This document shows positions 24,695-37,475 of a stretch of DNA of 64,000 bases, one piece after another. The translations under genes were made by a program, and so were the position numbers. The first letter of the stretch is position 1. Every line of letters begins with the position of its first letter. The notes under the pieces are model-generated. The model did not search any database. It saw nothing but the letters and a program-made list of their open reading frames with translations, and was not told where the DNA came from. Source of the DNA: Octopus vulgaris (lineage: Eukaryota); the NCBI GenBank assembly GCA_951406725.2, contig OX597831.1, forward strand, positions 248,001-312,000, in the 5' to 3' direction.

Positions 24695-27582
24695 TTAATT
24701 CCATGTTGATCTGCCAGTTAATTCAGTTGGTATGATGTTAGAGGAGAGTAACCTTATTTGGATAATGGGTAGACTAAATTTGTACAAATCAGATTTTTTA
24801 CAGCAAGTGGAGTGTAGCAATATTTTGGTGGTTTGTGAGGTTACTTCAAACTGGAGCCTAGGTGAATAAAAACTTGCAATGAAGTTTAAAAACTTCACAG
24901 GTGAATACATGGATTTCCCCACATGGAAAGTATGAGAGAGAGATGTGGTCCAGGTACAACATGGATATTAGGTAGAACAGACTAGAAGGGTGGAAAACGT
25001 GGTAAATAAGTGCACTGAGTGAAAATAGTGTGAGAGATAATTAGAAATAAGGAATGAGTTGGACACAGGGGATATCAGGTCAGTATAGGGGAAGTGAAGA
25101 AAATTGGATAATCAAAATGAGGTGTGGGACAAAAAAAACCAAAAGCCAAACTGAGAAACTGTTCTACACTGATATACATGCAACAGAGAGAGCTCTGCTA
25201 AAGGTACCCAAGGTGTAAAGTGTTGGTGTTAAAACCAGGCAATGGATTTAATATATCACCTAGAGGCCATGACAAGACTTAACCCTTTAGCATTCAGATT
25301 GCTTATATATTCACATTTTGAATTCATCATGTATTTTCTTGTAGCTTTGAAATTGTTTATTTTTAGAATGACAATGTAGGGTCAGCGTGATAGGCCAAAT
25401 TTGGTCAGTTTGAACATAAAACAGATAGTATATTTGGACCAGAACAGATTTTGTTAGGTATCCAGACTAGTTTTCTTAAAGTTCCACTAATCAACTTCGC
25501 TAGTTTGGTACTTTATATTTTGATCTGGAAAGGATGAAAAGTAAGGCTAACCTCACTGAGATTTGAACTCAGAATGCAGAGAAGTGAAATAAATACCACC
25601 AGGCATTTTCTTTGACTCTTGCTTATTCATTGTATGAAACCTCTGTTTATTTTTGAGCATTGGTTAGATTGCTTTTTGGTAATCTTTATGGCTTTCTGTG
25701 TACTGAGTTTGAATAGCCCTGAGGTCAATCTTACTTTTTCATCCTGGGACCGATTCTTCTCTTTCTCTCCACTTTCTGTCTGTGGAAGAAATTGACTGTT
25801 GTCCGACGTAGAGAGAGGGATGGAATATGTCAGGTCTAAAAGTTGCCCATGACATGCTATATATTATGACATTGCCCCTTTATCTCCATCAAAGAGTTGA
25901 GGGCCCAAAACAAGGCACGTAAATTTTGTATGGGAGGTGAATTTAAAAGTTTAAAAGATTAGTGTTCAACCTTATAACTTTCAATATAACACTGCAAAAT
26001 CATCAATTTAACATCCACTTTTCCATTCTTGCAAGGCATATGCGTTATTGTGTGGTAAGATGCTTGCTTTCCAACCACATGGTTCTAGTTCAGTTCTACT
26101 GTGCGACACTTTGGGCGAGTGTCTTCTACTATAGCCTTGGGCCGACCAAAAAACCTTGTGAGTGAATTTGGTTGACAGAAATTGAAAGAAGTCCATTGTG
26201 TGTTTGTGTGTCTCTCACTCTCTCTGCCTATGTTTGTATCCCTCCTGCCACTTGACAATTGGTGTTGGTGTGTTTACATCCCCTGTAACTTAATTGTTTG
26301 GCAAAAGTGACTGATAGAATAAGTACCAGGCTTTAGGGGAAAGAAAAGTACTGGTGTCAGTTGATTCCACTAAAGCTTCTTCAAAACAGTGTCCCAGCAT
26401 GGCCGCAGTCTAATGACTGAAACAAATAAAAAAAGAAAAGATAAAATATATAAATACATAAACCACTGTATAAAGTTACACTTAGTACAGTTGGTAGACT
26501 TTATTTCGCTGCACTGTTTATCACCACTAAAACAGCAGGTGGTGCTATCAATAAGATTTGGCTGGCATGTCTAGCAGGTTGTGCACCTGCATGGAGGTTG
26601 CCTTGTTTGTGGGTTAAGCAGGTGTGCATGCCTTGGTTCTGTGTCATCTCTCAGACAGCTGCTGATTTGAAATCCTTACTATTTCTACTGTGGTCTTCCT
26701 TGATTTGTCCCCATTCTATTTACTTATCTCTTGTTGTTTTGCCCCTGGAGACTCCCGATTGAGACCTATAATCAAAAACATTTCAACTGTACTCTTGTAT
26801 ATTCAGGAGTACATTTCCAAATGTGGTTTTTCATTTTTAAGTCAGTATAGTATAATTTGAGGTAGGCTTGGCTGCTTTTACTAATAGGTTGAACAACCAT
26901 GAATTCTTGTGAGTTTCTGTACTTTTTCTATACCACATTTGATAGTATTTTCAGTGTTACTATATTACAGAAAGGTGTGTGCACGTATATGTAGAAGTCA
27001 TGATTTTTGAGGTTATCCCTCCTCATTCTTAGTTGGTCCTTGTTACCAGCCAATTGTTGTACCCTTTCTAGGAGTTTGTCCTTAGGAGTTAGAAGTTAGG
27101 CTTGTGGAGTTCTTGGCTATTCTGAGTTACTGCACAAATTAGAATTTATTTAAAGTTGAGTGAATATGTATGTGTGTACTATAGGGAAGAACTCTCCTGA
27201 AGATCCCTATTTGGAGTGAAATTGCAAAGTGTGTAGGCAAACCCTATGCATAAATTATATAACTCTGCATCTTACAATGCATTGAGCACTTAATTGAAAG
27301 TGGCCATCTTTCTTTTTGGATTACCTTAGAGTGTATGTGTCTCTGTATCTGTTTAGCATCATTGTCATTGCTTTAGCATCCACTTTTCCATGCGTTCATG
27401 GGTCAGATAGAATTTGTTGAGTCAAATTTTGTACGGTTGGATGTCCTTACCTGTTTCTAAACAAAGTAATATTTCTCAATGTCTGAGTATGTTTTTGTGG
27501 AAGATTGGAACCGAAGGGCACTGATTGCAGGGTGGTGATGGTCACTTACAACTATTGTGTAATTTTAAAGAAAGTAAATAAG

Positions 27583-27968
27583 AGTGGCTGTGTGGTAAGT
27601 AGCTTGCTTATGAACTACATGGTTCCGGGTTCAGTCTCACTGTGTGGCATCTCGGGCAAGTGTCTTCTACTAAAGCCTCAGGCCGACCAAAGCTTTGTGA
27701 GTGAATTTGATAGATGGAAACTTAAAGAAGCTTGTCGTATATGTGTCTGTGTTTGTCCCCCCCCCCCCACAACATCACTTGACAACCGATGCTGGTGTGG
27801 TTACGTCCTCATAACTTAGCGGTTTGGCAAAAGAGCCCAATCAATAGAATAAGTACTAGGCTTAGAAAGAATAAGTCCTGGGGGCCGATTTGCTTGACTA
27901 AAGGCAGTGCTCCGACATGGCCACAGTCAAATGGACTGAAACAAGTAAAATAGTAAGAAGAGTAAAGA
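27583..27968 (+). mobile_element. SINE family A (older copy)
   Basis: Same head, core and tail with more substitutions. Further decayed copies at about 10360, 16750, 26040, 34555, 38920(-), 51530(-), 62030(-) and 63085. Confidence 0.8.
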
Positions 27969-28151
27969 GGATACAATCATGTGCATTCATCTCTCATTTA
28001 CACACACCCACACACTTCTTTCAGTTTCCATCTTTGTTATTGTTAAGATTAATTAAAACAAAGGCAGTGTATACCAACAGAAATACTGTAATGAAAAGGT
28101 TCGTTAAGTGAACAGAGTGCCTGCTATCTAAGCAAGCCATTTTATTTTACA

Positions 28152-28555
28152 CTAGCAGCATAGCCCGGCGTTTCCCGGGTATGTAAGAGCCCCTAGTAGG
28201 CAACGACTAATCCCAATCTAGTCCTTTCCCTCTAGGGAACGAAGGCGCATGTGTAGTTTGCAGTGTCTTCTCTTCACTCGAATACTTCTGTGTATACGAT
28301 GTTCCTAGCTGTCGAGTTGTGTCCCCTAGACAGAAAATGTGTTGCATATAAAAAGCTTAGATTCTCGACCCCATGTCGAATTTATCGATTTTATTTCAGA
28401 ACTGGGGGAACTTTTCAAAATTTTCGCTGCGTTAGTTTTGAATTATGACATTGGGCTAAGTGTGTGTCAAGTTTCATCAGAATCGGTTGAAAGCCGTGGT
28501 CAGGGTGAGGGTACAACCTGACAGACACACAGACTGCCGTTTATATATAGAGAGA
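28152..28555 (-). mobile_element. Non-autonomous Helitron (second family)
   Basis: On the minus strand it starts A|TCTCTCTATATATAAAC, has hairpin cccgg-gaaacg-ccggg and ends CTAG|T. Confidence 0.87.
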
Positions 28556-28862
28556 TGCCTAGCTCAAGCTATACCAGTCCAATTAGTAGATTTCTCTCCA
28601 CCTGAGACTACCTCTGATTCCTTGACACAAAATCCGCTTTAGTCACTGGGGCTATAGTAGAAATACCTTGCTTTGGAGCTAAACCCAAGACCACATGGTT
28701 GGAAAGCAAATTCCTTGATCCAACAGTCATTTGTACACTTATTATATACAAATATAATATTATAAGATGCTCACTGAAAATCAAAAAGCAAAAAATAAAC
28801 AAGCAAAACAAAAAAACCCCAAAAAGCCCAGCAACATGTACAATCATAGTATAAAGGACATT

Positions 28863-29087
28863 GGAGGCGCAATGGCCCAGTGGTTAAGGCAACGGACTCG
28901 CGGTCGTAGGATCGCGGTTTCGATTCCCAGAACGGGCGTTGTGTGTGTTTATTGAGCGAAAACACCTAAAAGATCCACGAGGCTCCAGCAGGGGGTGGTG
29001 ACCCCTGCTGTACTCTTTTAAAAATGGCAGTGCCCCAGCATGGCCACAGCTCGTGAGCTGAAACTAGATAAAAAAAATAAAAAAAAT
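28863..29087 (+). mobile_element. tRNA-derived SINE family C sharing the family A 3' tail
   Basis: A box tggcccagtgg, B box ggtttcgattcc and tail ggcagtgccccagcatggccacagc..ctgaaac plus an A-rich end. A related head is on the minus strand at about 53555-53668. Confidence 0.8.
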
Positions 29088-29928
29088 ATGAGTAAAAAGG
29101 GGAAATTTATAAATACATAAGCAATTTTCAGTGTAGATTTACATGAAGAAATCATGATAATGTTTCCTTATATTTTTCTTAAGATCACACAAACTGTGTT
29201 GTTTTAGTGAAATATTTTTCTCATTTTAACATTCCTGTTAATATTGTGTTTAAAATTATTTCATTCATAAACTTTCATTTGGCATTTACATATATACTTA
29301 CATATCACATGTATAATATATATACCTAGATAATGTGTATGTAATGTTTGTATGTAATGACATGGAAGCTGCCTTGTTGTTTGAGGGTTAAGCAGGTGTG
29401 TACAAGGTTCAGCTGAAAAGTTCATTGGCTGACCAAGATACTCTCCTGGAAGGTGATCAAATGAGACTTTACATGTCTATCTGTCCATCCATCCGTCCAT
29501 CCATCCATCCATCAGCCTGCACCATCAGTTAGATAGAAAAATTCAATTATCACAACTAGTGACAATTGAATTTTACCTTTTTGGTTTTATACTGCATATA
29601 GCTGCCTTCATTATTTTATAATTTTCACATTAGCATTTTGCTGAATCAGCCATAAATTCATATGGTAAATATATATATATACACACACTCACACATACAC
29701 TACTGATGTTTGTATTTTTCAAATGAAACTTTAGTATAGTGACCTCGCTCGCTGTGGGGCAGTTATCTCCTCTGTCAGTATATGAAAATTTGCTTCCTGT
29801 AGCTGTTAGGGTTTTTAGCTCTTGTTTCTAGCAGTGTAGGTGCTACCCTGCACCTTCAGTCACAACTAGTGACAATTGAATTTTTCCTTTTTGGTTTTGT
29901 ATTACGTATAGCCATCTTCATTATTATA

Positions 29929-31790
29929 TCATCATCATCATCGTTTAGCGTCCGCTTTCCCTGCTAGCATGGGTTGGACGGTTCAACTGGAGTCTGGGAA
30001 GTCAGAAGGCTACACCAGGCCCAGCCTGATCTGGCAATGTTTCTACGACTGGATGCCCTTCCTATCGCCAACCACACCGTGAATGTAGTGGGTGCTTTTT
30101 ACTTGCCACCAGTACAGTTCCCAGGCGAGGCTGGCAATGGCCACGATCGGATGGTGCTTTTTACGTGCCACAGGCACGAGGCCAGTCGGGGCGGCGCTGG
30201 CAACGGCCACGGCCACGTTTGGATGGTTCTCTTACGTACCACTGGCACTGGTATCACAGCTGCAATTTCCATTGATGTTGATCGATTTTGATTTTTGATT
30301 TTCACTTGCCTCAACAGGTCTTCACAAGTAGAGTTTTGTGTCCCAAGAAGGAAAGGTAGGCATAAGTGGACTGGCTACATCCCATGTAGAGGCCATGGGT
30401 TATGGTCTCATTTGTCTTGCCGGGTCTTCTCACGCACAGCATACTTCCAAAGGTCTCGGTCTCTAGTCATTTCCTCGGTGAGACCTAAAGTTCAAAGGTC
30501 GTGCTTCACCACCTCGTCCCAGGTTTTCCTGGGTCTACCTCTTCCACAGGTTCCCTCAACCGCTAGGGTGTAGCACTTTTTCACATAACTATCTTCATCC
30601 ATTCTCGCCACATAACCATACCAGCGCGCACACCACAACTGATGCTTCTTAGGTCCAGCTTTTCTCTCAAGGTACTTACACTCTGTCGAGTATGAACACT
30701 GGCATTACACATTCATCGGAGCATACTGGCTTCATTTCTTGCGAGCTTACGCATATCCTCAGCAGTCACGGCCCGTGTTTCACTGCCATGTAGCATGGCT
30801 GTTCGTACACATGCGTCATACAGTCTGCCTTTTACTCTGAGCGAGAGGCTTTTTGTCACCAGCAGAGGTAAGAGCTCTCTGAACTTTGCCCAAGCTATTC
30901 TTACTCTAGCAGTTACACTTTCAGCACACCCGCCCCCGCTACTGACTTGGTCACCTAGGTAACGGAAGCTATCAACTATCTCTAGTTTTTCTCCCTGGAA
31001 TGTGGCAGGAGTTGGTCTCAGAGCATTTTCAGTGTTTATTGCTCCTGAGCATCTGCCACATACAAAAACCATCTTCCTAGTTAGCCTTCCTTTGACATTG
31101 CTGCACCTCTTATGTGTCCATAGCTTACACTTGGTGCATCTTATAGAGTTTCTACCTACGCCTTTTCTACAGATCGAGCAGGGCCATCTACCTGAAGGCG
31201 TTTGTGATTTGTCTACCTTCCTACTTATTAGGACTTTGGTTTTAGCTAGATTGACTCTAAGTCCCTTCGATTCTAATCCTTGCTTCCACACCTGAAACCT
31301 CTCCTCCAGTTCTGATAGTGACTCAGCAATTAGAGCAAGGTCATCAGCATAGAGGAGCTCGCAGGGGCATCCTGTCTTGAATTCCTCCGTTATTGCCTGG
31401 AGGACTATGATAAATAGGAGAGGGCTGAGGACTGAGCCTTGGTGGATCCCTACCTCTACCCTGAATTCTTTAGTGTACTCATTGCCAACCCTCACCTTAC
31501 TAGTGGCATCCCTGTACATGGCTCGCACAGCTCTCACTAACCATTCATCTATCCCTAGTTTCCTCATTGACCACCAGATAAGGGATCGGGGGAACCCTGT
31601 TGAAGGCTTTCTCCATGTCAACGAAAGCCATGTACAGGGGCTTATCATTGGCTAGGTATTTCTCCTGCAGTTGCCTTACCAGGAATATAGCATCAGTGGT
31701 GCTTTTCCCTGGCACGAACCCAAACTGCATCTCATCTAAACTAACTCTCTCTCTAATTAGTTGGGCTATGACCCTCTCCGTAACCTTCAT
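29929..31790 (-). mobile_element. 5'-truncated RTE-clade non-LTR retrotransposon (partial RT ORF with frameshift and premature stops, 3' UTR, (GAT)n tail)
   Basis: ORFs 31545-31823 and 30713-31648 give QFGFVPGKSTTDAIF, AFVDMEKAFNRVP, GIHQGSVLSPLLF, LLYADDL and FRYLG. Frameshift near 31590 and a TGA at 30713. The frame continues to the RTE C-terminal motif GRGRPRKTW (about 30520-30545). The 3' end matches the many (CAT)n-flanked tail copies in the window. Confidence 0.93.
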
Positions 31791-32622
31791 TGTGTGTGTG
31801 TGTGTAATGACTGGATAATGCATGTATTAATAAGTAATTAGATAATGTGCATACTGTAAATATATATAATGTGTCTAACACTAAATATATAACAAGATAA
31901 TGCATGCATAATTTGCTAGAATGTGCATAGTTCTTTGGTTTGCTTTAGCTATCAAGGCTAAGCATGACCTTCAACAAATATAACAGCAGCTTGATAATGT
32001 ATAGACAAATATACAACTCGACAATGTATTCATCCATAAATTATGTGTGTGTGTGTGTGTGTGTGTGATTAGTCTACATTACACTGCAAGGACCACATGG
32101 CTGGTTTCTCTGGCATATATATATTCCTTCTTGGATGAGATGTTGCCCATTGCAAGATTAATCGTTTTTACCAGCTGAATGGATTGGAACAGCACAAAAT
32201 GAAGTGTTTTGCTCAAGATCCCAATGTATCATCCAGTCCAGGAATCAAAAACCACAATCTTTATGATCATGAGTCCAACACTCTAACAACTAAGCTGCAC
32301 ACACACACACACACACTCTCTCTCTCTCTCTCATGTGGTTTGTGGCAATATGGGGGAATTGGTAAAATAGAATTTTATAACTGGCAATAAGTGTTACGTT
32401 GCTGGTTCAAGTTTTAGTAATGAACTGTTATTGGTTGATGAAGGTGGCCGTAATTTTTTTTTTTTTCTTTTTCTACAAGTCTATGTCACATCACTTGTAG
32501 ATGTTGATTCTCACTCAAGAGCTGCTCCTCCCCACCATGCTGTAGAAGATGACATTGCATGTTCCAACTCTGAAACAGACCACAAGTCCTGTGTCCTGCA
32601 TAAGTTGTCAGGAATATATCAT

Positions 32623-32844
32623 GGGTTTCGTTACTAACCTGCCTGAAACCGGCTCTGGCTCTGAGTACAAATGTCTTGTTTTCATAAGTTTTGAATTAAA
32701 ATCTTCCACCAAACCTTAGTCACAATTTATGGTTCATAACACTAGCTGAATGATAACTAAGTTATTTTACTAAATTCTTTGTTATATTTAAAGTAATTCA
32801 AAGAAACACAGAGCATCTCAAAATAAATACAGTAACGAAAGGGT
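32623..32844 (+). mobile_element. piggyBac-type MITE family 1, damaged left end
   Basis: Internal sequence matches 8885-9104; right TIR GTAACGAAAGGG. Confidence 0.8.
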
Positions 32845-33071
32845 TTAATGTCCACCCAGGGTTATGCAAAAGACAAAAAAAAAAAAAAAAAGCTCACTGG
32901 CAGCTTAATCTGTTATACTAAAACAGTAGACTGCAAATTTTAGCTATCTTTGATTGTCTGGCCGATGGGTGGCAAAACCCCATATAATGGTTGGCATGAG
33001 AAATACTAAAGACCTGTTAGTTAGTTAATTTTTTGGCTCAAAAGCAAAAAGCAAGGCCACCAGGGTGGTGT

Positions 33072-33164
33072 TCATGTAAAGAGTTCAGGCCACTTGAGGT
33101 CAAGGGAGACTTTGAACAAAGCGGTCGTCGGCATCTTCACCATCTCGTCTGGCAGCTTGTTCCA
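33072..33164 (-). mobile_element. CR1-like LINE ORF2 C-terminal fragment
   Basis: Minus-strand translation WNKLPDEMVKMPTTALFKVSLDLKWPELFT* fits the WNxLP...FKxxLD motif. Confidence 0.7.
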
Positions 33165-33389
33165 CCTCGTGCAGAAGTTGAGTGTGTGTGCCGTCTAGTG
33201 ATCATTGTTGGGCCACTGTAAGAGACCGGCATTCAGAGTCATTGAGCAGAACAGATTCTACTGTAGCATAAAACAGGCATAGTTTTAAGTCAAGGTGGCA
33301 GTTGTAGTGCTTTCCAAATTTTCCATTTCATTTTTGTCTTGGTCTACAGCTTGCTATGATATTTGAACTAGGCATCCAGCATTGTACCT

Positions 33390-33680
33390 CCTTTGACATT
33401 GCAGATTATGTTACACTCATCTCATATACAATCATAAACACTTAAGCTTTCCCTGTAAACCTGGAGTCAGCTGCCGTTGAAGTTGGTTTGATGATAAAAC
33501 CCATAATCATTGGTGAAAATGCTGGTGTGGGTGATCCTAAACTTTCATTTGGGGTCCATTGATACGGTTGCTGTCAGTTTCTGCTATCTGGGCTCTCATA
33601 TTCACTGTACAAGCAAAGATGTTAACATTTGTAAAGTAATAACATGGTCAGCATCTGATAAACTACGGAAAATTTGGAGG
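33390..33680 (+). mobile_element. Highly decayed LINE RT fragment (RTE-like)
   Basis: IADYV...LESAAVEVGL and FCYLGSHIHCTSKDVNICKVITWSASDKLRKIW resemble the RT domain 5-7/thumb consensus. Confidence 0.55.
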
Positions 33681-33708
33681 CTTGTTTTGTGTTACAGTTC
33701 AATATTAA

Positions 33709-34140
33709 GGCGGCGAGCTGGCAGAAACGTTAGCGAAATGCGTAGCCGTATTTCTTCTGCCATTACGTTCTGAGTACAAATTCCACCGAGGTCGACTTTG
33801 CCTTTCATCCTTTCGGGGTTGATAAATTAAGCACCAGTTACGCACTGGGGTCGATATAATCGTTTGTCTGTCCTTGTTTGTCCCGTCTGTGTTTAGCCTC
33901 ATGTGGGTAGTAAAGAAATAGGGGCGAGCTGGCAGAAACGTTAGCACGCCGGGCGAAATGCTTAGCGGTATTTCGTCTGCGTTATGTTGTGAGTTCAAAT
34001 TCCGCCAGGGTCGATAAATTAAGTACCAGTTACGCACTGGGGTCGATATAATCGACTTAATACCTATGTCTGTCCTTGTTTGTCCCCTCTGTGTTTAGCC
34101 CCTTGTGGGTAATAAAGAAATAGGTAGTAAAGAAATAGAT
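33709..34140 (+). mobile_element. Tandem pair of SINE family B copies
   Basis: ggcgagctggcagaaacgttagc head at about 33712 and 33923, B-box-like gagttcaaattcc and (taaagaaata)n tails. Older copies at about 11235, 17826, 21900, 49760(-), 50430 and 50655. Confidence 0.85.
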
Positions 34141-34836
34141 GGACATTTTGAGAGGCAAAAAATTAAATAGAAAAACATGTGGAAAAAATGTTGAAGGAAG
34201 GAAAAAAAATTTTTTTTAAATAGTAGTGTGGGATGGGTGGGTAAGGTAATTTGCCAACAGCTCATTGGATCCATCTGCTGTTCAGCATCAGTATTGAAGA
34301 TTTTGTATTGTTGGAAACTGGTAATAGATTATTGACCTCATTGTTACAAGTTCATATCTGACTAGTTATTGTATTGAAACTTCTTTAACAAAGGCATTTA
34401 ATTCAGCTCCAGTTTGTCTAGTTGAACAAAAGGTTTCACTCCTATTTACCTGACAGTTCAGTAGTTAGAGTAAGGTAAGAGTGGAGCATCTAGCATCAAG
34501 CTGTGACAGTAATAGTTCCCACAAATAAGCATGGACTTTTGCTTACAACCTTAAACCATGTGGTCCAAAAGTTTGCTTTTCAACCACATGGTTTTGGCTT
34601 CAGTCCTATTGTGTGGCACCTTGGGCAAGTAACTTATACAATAACTTCTGGCCAATAAAAGCCTTGTGAGTGGATTTGGTTGATAGAAACTAAAAGAACT
34701 CTCTCTCCCTCCCTCTTTGTCACATACACACATGTATGCACAATTGCAGCATGGGAGACATCTTCAGGAAATGTAATATAATGTTATCAGTAACCAGGTT
34801 GCAGTTTTGAGTTGCATAAATTTTGATGCCATATTG

Positions 34837-36388
34837 TTGGGTTGGCAAGAAAGTAATTTCAGTTTTTTAATGTGAAATAAAAGTCATTTTCTTTTCATAC
34901 ACAGAATGAACTTTAATCATTTTTTCATTTGAGTTTGAGTTTGAGTCCATGCTCAGGCCAAGTCGAATACTCCACCCTCAGAGTCTGGTGTGGTTGCCAG
35001 GTTGTATTCTCTGTTTAATTTTGACATGTGTAGGAGCGAGTTTGAGTCAGTTTGTGCTCGTTGTGTATATCCTGGGAGATGGGGTTCATCTCTAATGGTG
35101 CTTAAGTATCTATCCAGCTGCAATTTGAATGATTCCACACTGCATCCTGATAGATTTCTGACATGTACCGGAATGGAGTTGAATAGTTGTGCTCCTCGAA
35201 CCAACAGACTTGACTCTCAATTATATATTTTCCATTTTGTTCGATGACCTTTTGCCATCTTCCTGGCAACCTCATAATTCTGTGCTCATAGAACTTCTGG
35301 TCCTTATCAGCCCTAAACTGAAGCAAGCGCAATTTCAGGTCATCATCATTATTGTAAGTTTTACCATTCAATGAATTTTGCAAACTTCAAAATAAATGGT
35401 AATCTGATGGTTCAAAGTCAGGGCTATAAAGGTGGATGTGACATCACTCCTCAACCAAGCTCCAATCATTTTCACGAGTTAGCAAAGACGTGTGGTCTAT
35501 CATTGTCATGGTGGAACATGATTCCTTTATGATTTGCCAATTCTGGTTGTTTTTCGTTGATTGATTCTTCCAGTTTCGTTAGTTGTCGATAGTAAACATC
35601 TGAATTCATCGTTTGGTTCCTTGGAAGCAGCTCAAAATACACAACACCTTTATAATCCCACCAGATTGACAGACAGCATGACCTTTTTGTTTATGCAATT
35701 CAGCTTTCAATGAGGTTTGTGCTGGTTCATTACGCTTGGACCATGATCGTTTTCAATTGATGTTATTGTAGACAATTCATCTTTCATCACCACTGATGAT
35801 TCGTTTAAAAATAAAAAGGTCGATTTCATTGCATTTGAGATGCATATTGGAAATATTGATTCATTGTGTTAAATGACTATCTTTCAATTTATGTGGAACC
35901 CAAATATTGAGCTTCTTAATGAGTCCAAGACATTCTAAGTGATTTTCAATTGTTGTGTGTGAGTGATACTGTTAACCTCTCTGCAATCTCTTGCATTAGA
36001 TTAAATTATGGTTTTGATTTGGTCATCATCAACTTCAGTAGGTTGACTAGAATGTTTGTCATCTTTGAGTGAAAAATCTCTAGAACGGAATTTTTAAAAC
36101 CATTTCTCACATGTGTGTTCTGTTAAGCAATCAACACCACAAACTTCACATTTCTCTTTGTGAGCCTCAGCAGCTTTCTTGCCTTTACAGAAATAAAAAA
36201 AGCAAAATAAGGTGAAAATATTTGATTTTGCACTCCATGTTAAAACTGACACTGAACTAACAGCTGTAAACAAAATTATGTGCAATTTACTTCTAAAGTA
36301 AGCTAAAAGTAACGGCTATCAAATGTCAAAAGAAAAAAAAGTCATAACTTTATTTGCAAGAAACAAAATTACTTTCTTACCAACCCAA
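34837..36388 (-). mobile_element. Decayed mariner (Tc1/mariner, Hsmar1/SETMAR-like transposase) copy 1
   Basis: TIRs ttgggttggcaagaaagtaatt / aattactttcttaccaacccaa followed by TA. Minus-strand remnants KGKKAAEAHKEKCEVCG..CLTEHTCEKWF and LQNSLNGKT...FYEHRIMRLPGRWQKVIEQNGKYI. Confidence 0.9.
34920..35218 (-). mobile_element. 3' fragment of a CR1/L2-group LINE nested in mariner copy 1
   Basis: ORF 34953-35204 RGAQLFNSIP..VRN..FKLQLDRYL..DEP..GY..SNSL is a typical ORF2 C-terminus, with a (CTCAAA)n tail. It is absent from the matching position in mariner copy 2. Confidence 0.75.
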
Positions 36389-37475
36389 TACAAACGATAG
36401 ATATTTAAGTGAAGTTAAGTCTTTGTGTGTTTTGAAATGGCTATATGGTATTTTCCAAGCTGCATTTGTTATAGTTTCAATACATTGTCTCAGATCAAAA
36501 TACTTGCTTAGCAAGTACACTCCTGTAGTGTGTGTGTTGTGCTTGTGTCTCCTTGTCTGAACATTGTGCAATAGTTCATTTTGTAACCATATGGTTTTTG
36601 GTTCAGTCCCACTTGTGGAACCTTGGGCAAGTGTCTTCTACTATAGCCCTGAGCCAGCCAATACTTTGTAAATGAATTTCAATCTTGCTTGCTTGGAATG
36701 TTACACAGCCAATCTGGCACATAGTGGGGAAATAATTTGAAAGTAAAGTGCCCCTGAAATGTGAATACAAACAGATTAAAACAAGTTTTGAGTAAATTGA
36801 ACCACAGGTTCCTGAGATATGCGTTGTTTCTGGGCGAAAGTTCCCACAATATTCTAAGCAGACAACTGAACAGGGTGTTCTTGCCCTTTTATATCTCGCT
36901 TAGTAAAACTACCACAAGTGGTGGTAACAATAAAATTACACATGTCTTCATGACCTACAGCAACAGTTCCTGATTTCAAGATAAAATTTTTATTACTTAC
37001 AACATTATTTCTTTTGCTTTTTGGGGGTTTTCTTTCAAAAAACACTTTCTGTGTTCTTATTTGTTTTAACTCATTACTTCTCATTTCGTCAGTTATGCTT
37101 AAATAAAAAAAAGAAAAGGGTTAAGAGTTAAACTTTTCAAAACTTTTTTTCCCCTTTTCTTTCAAAAACACTTTCTTTCTATAAGTGCTCTTCTTTCACT
37201 CATATTAGTTTCATTTCGTCAGTTCAGCTAAAAAAAATAAATAAAAGAAAAAGAGTTCAGGCTTTCTTCTATATCTATCTAAGCATTCTTATTTGTTGTA
37301 ACTCGTGCTTCTTTCATTTATTCTGACATGAATACGATACATTTCTTTCTGCAAGCGTTCTTGTTTGTTTGAGGTTGTTACCCTTCTATTTCTCTCTGCC
37401 TACAACGACCATTTTCATTCTGTAAGTTAAGCTGATTTAAAAAACAGTATTTATTTAGGTGTCCTATTCTTACAT

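Noticed and set aside
24700-25230. Possible ancient LINE coding remnant (also 22970-23260)
   Set aside because: Composition is suggestive, but no diagnostic motif could be read with confidence.
28863-28940. Possible tRNA gene
   Set aside because: No proper acceptor stem or Pol III terminator at the tRNA end; it continues into a SINE body and tail.
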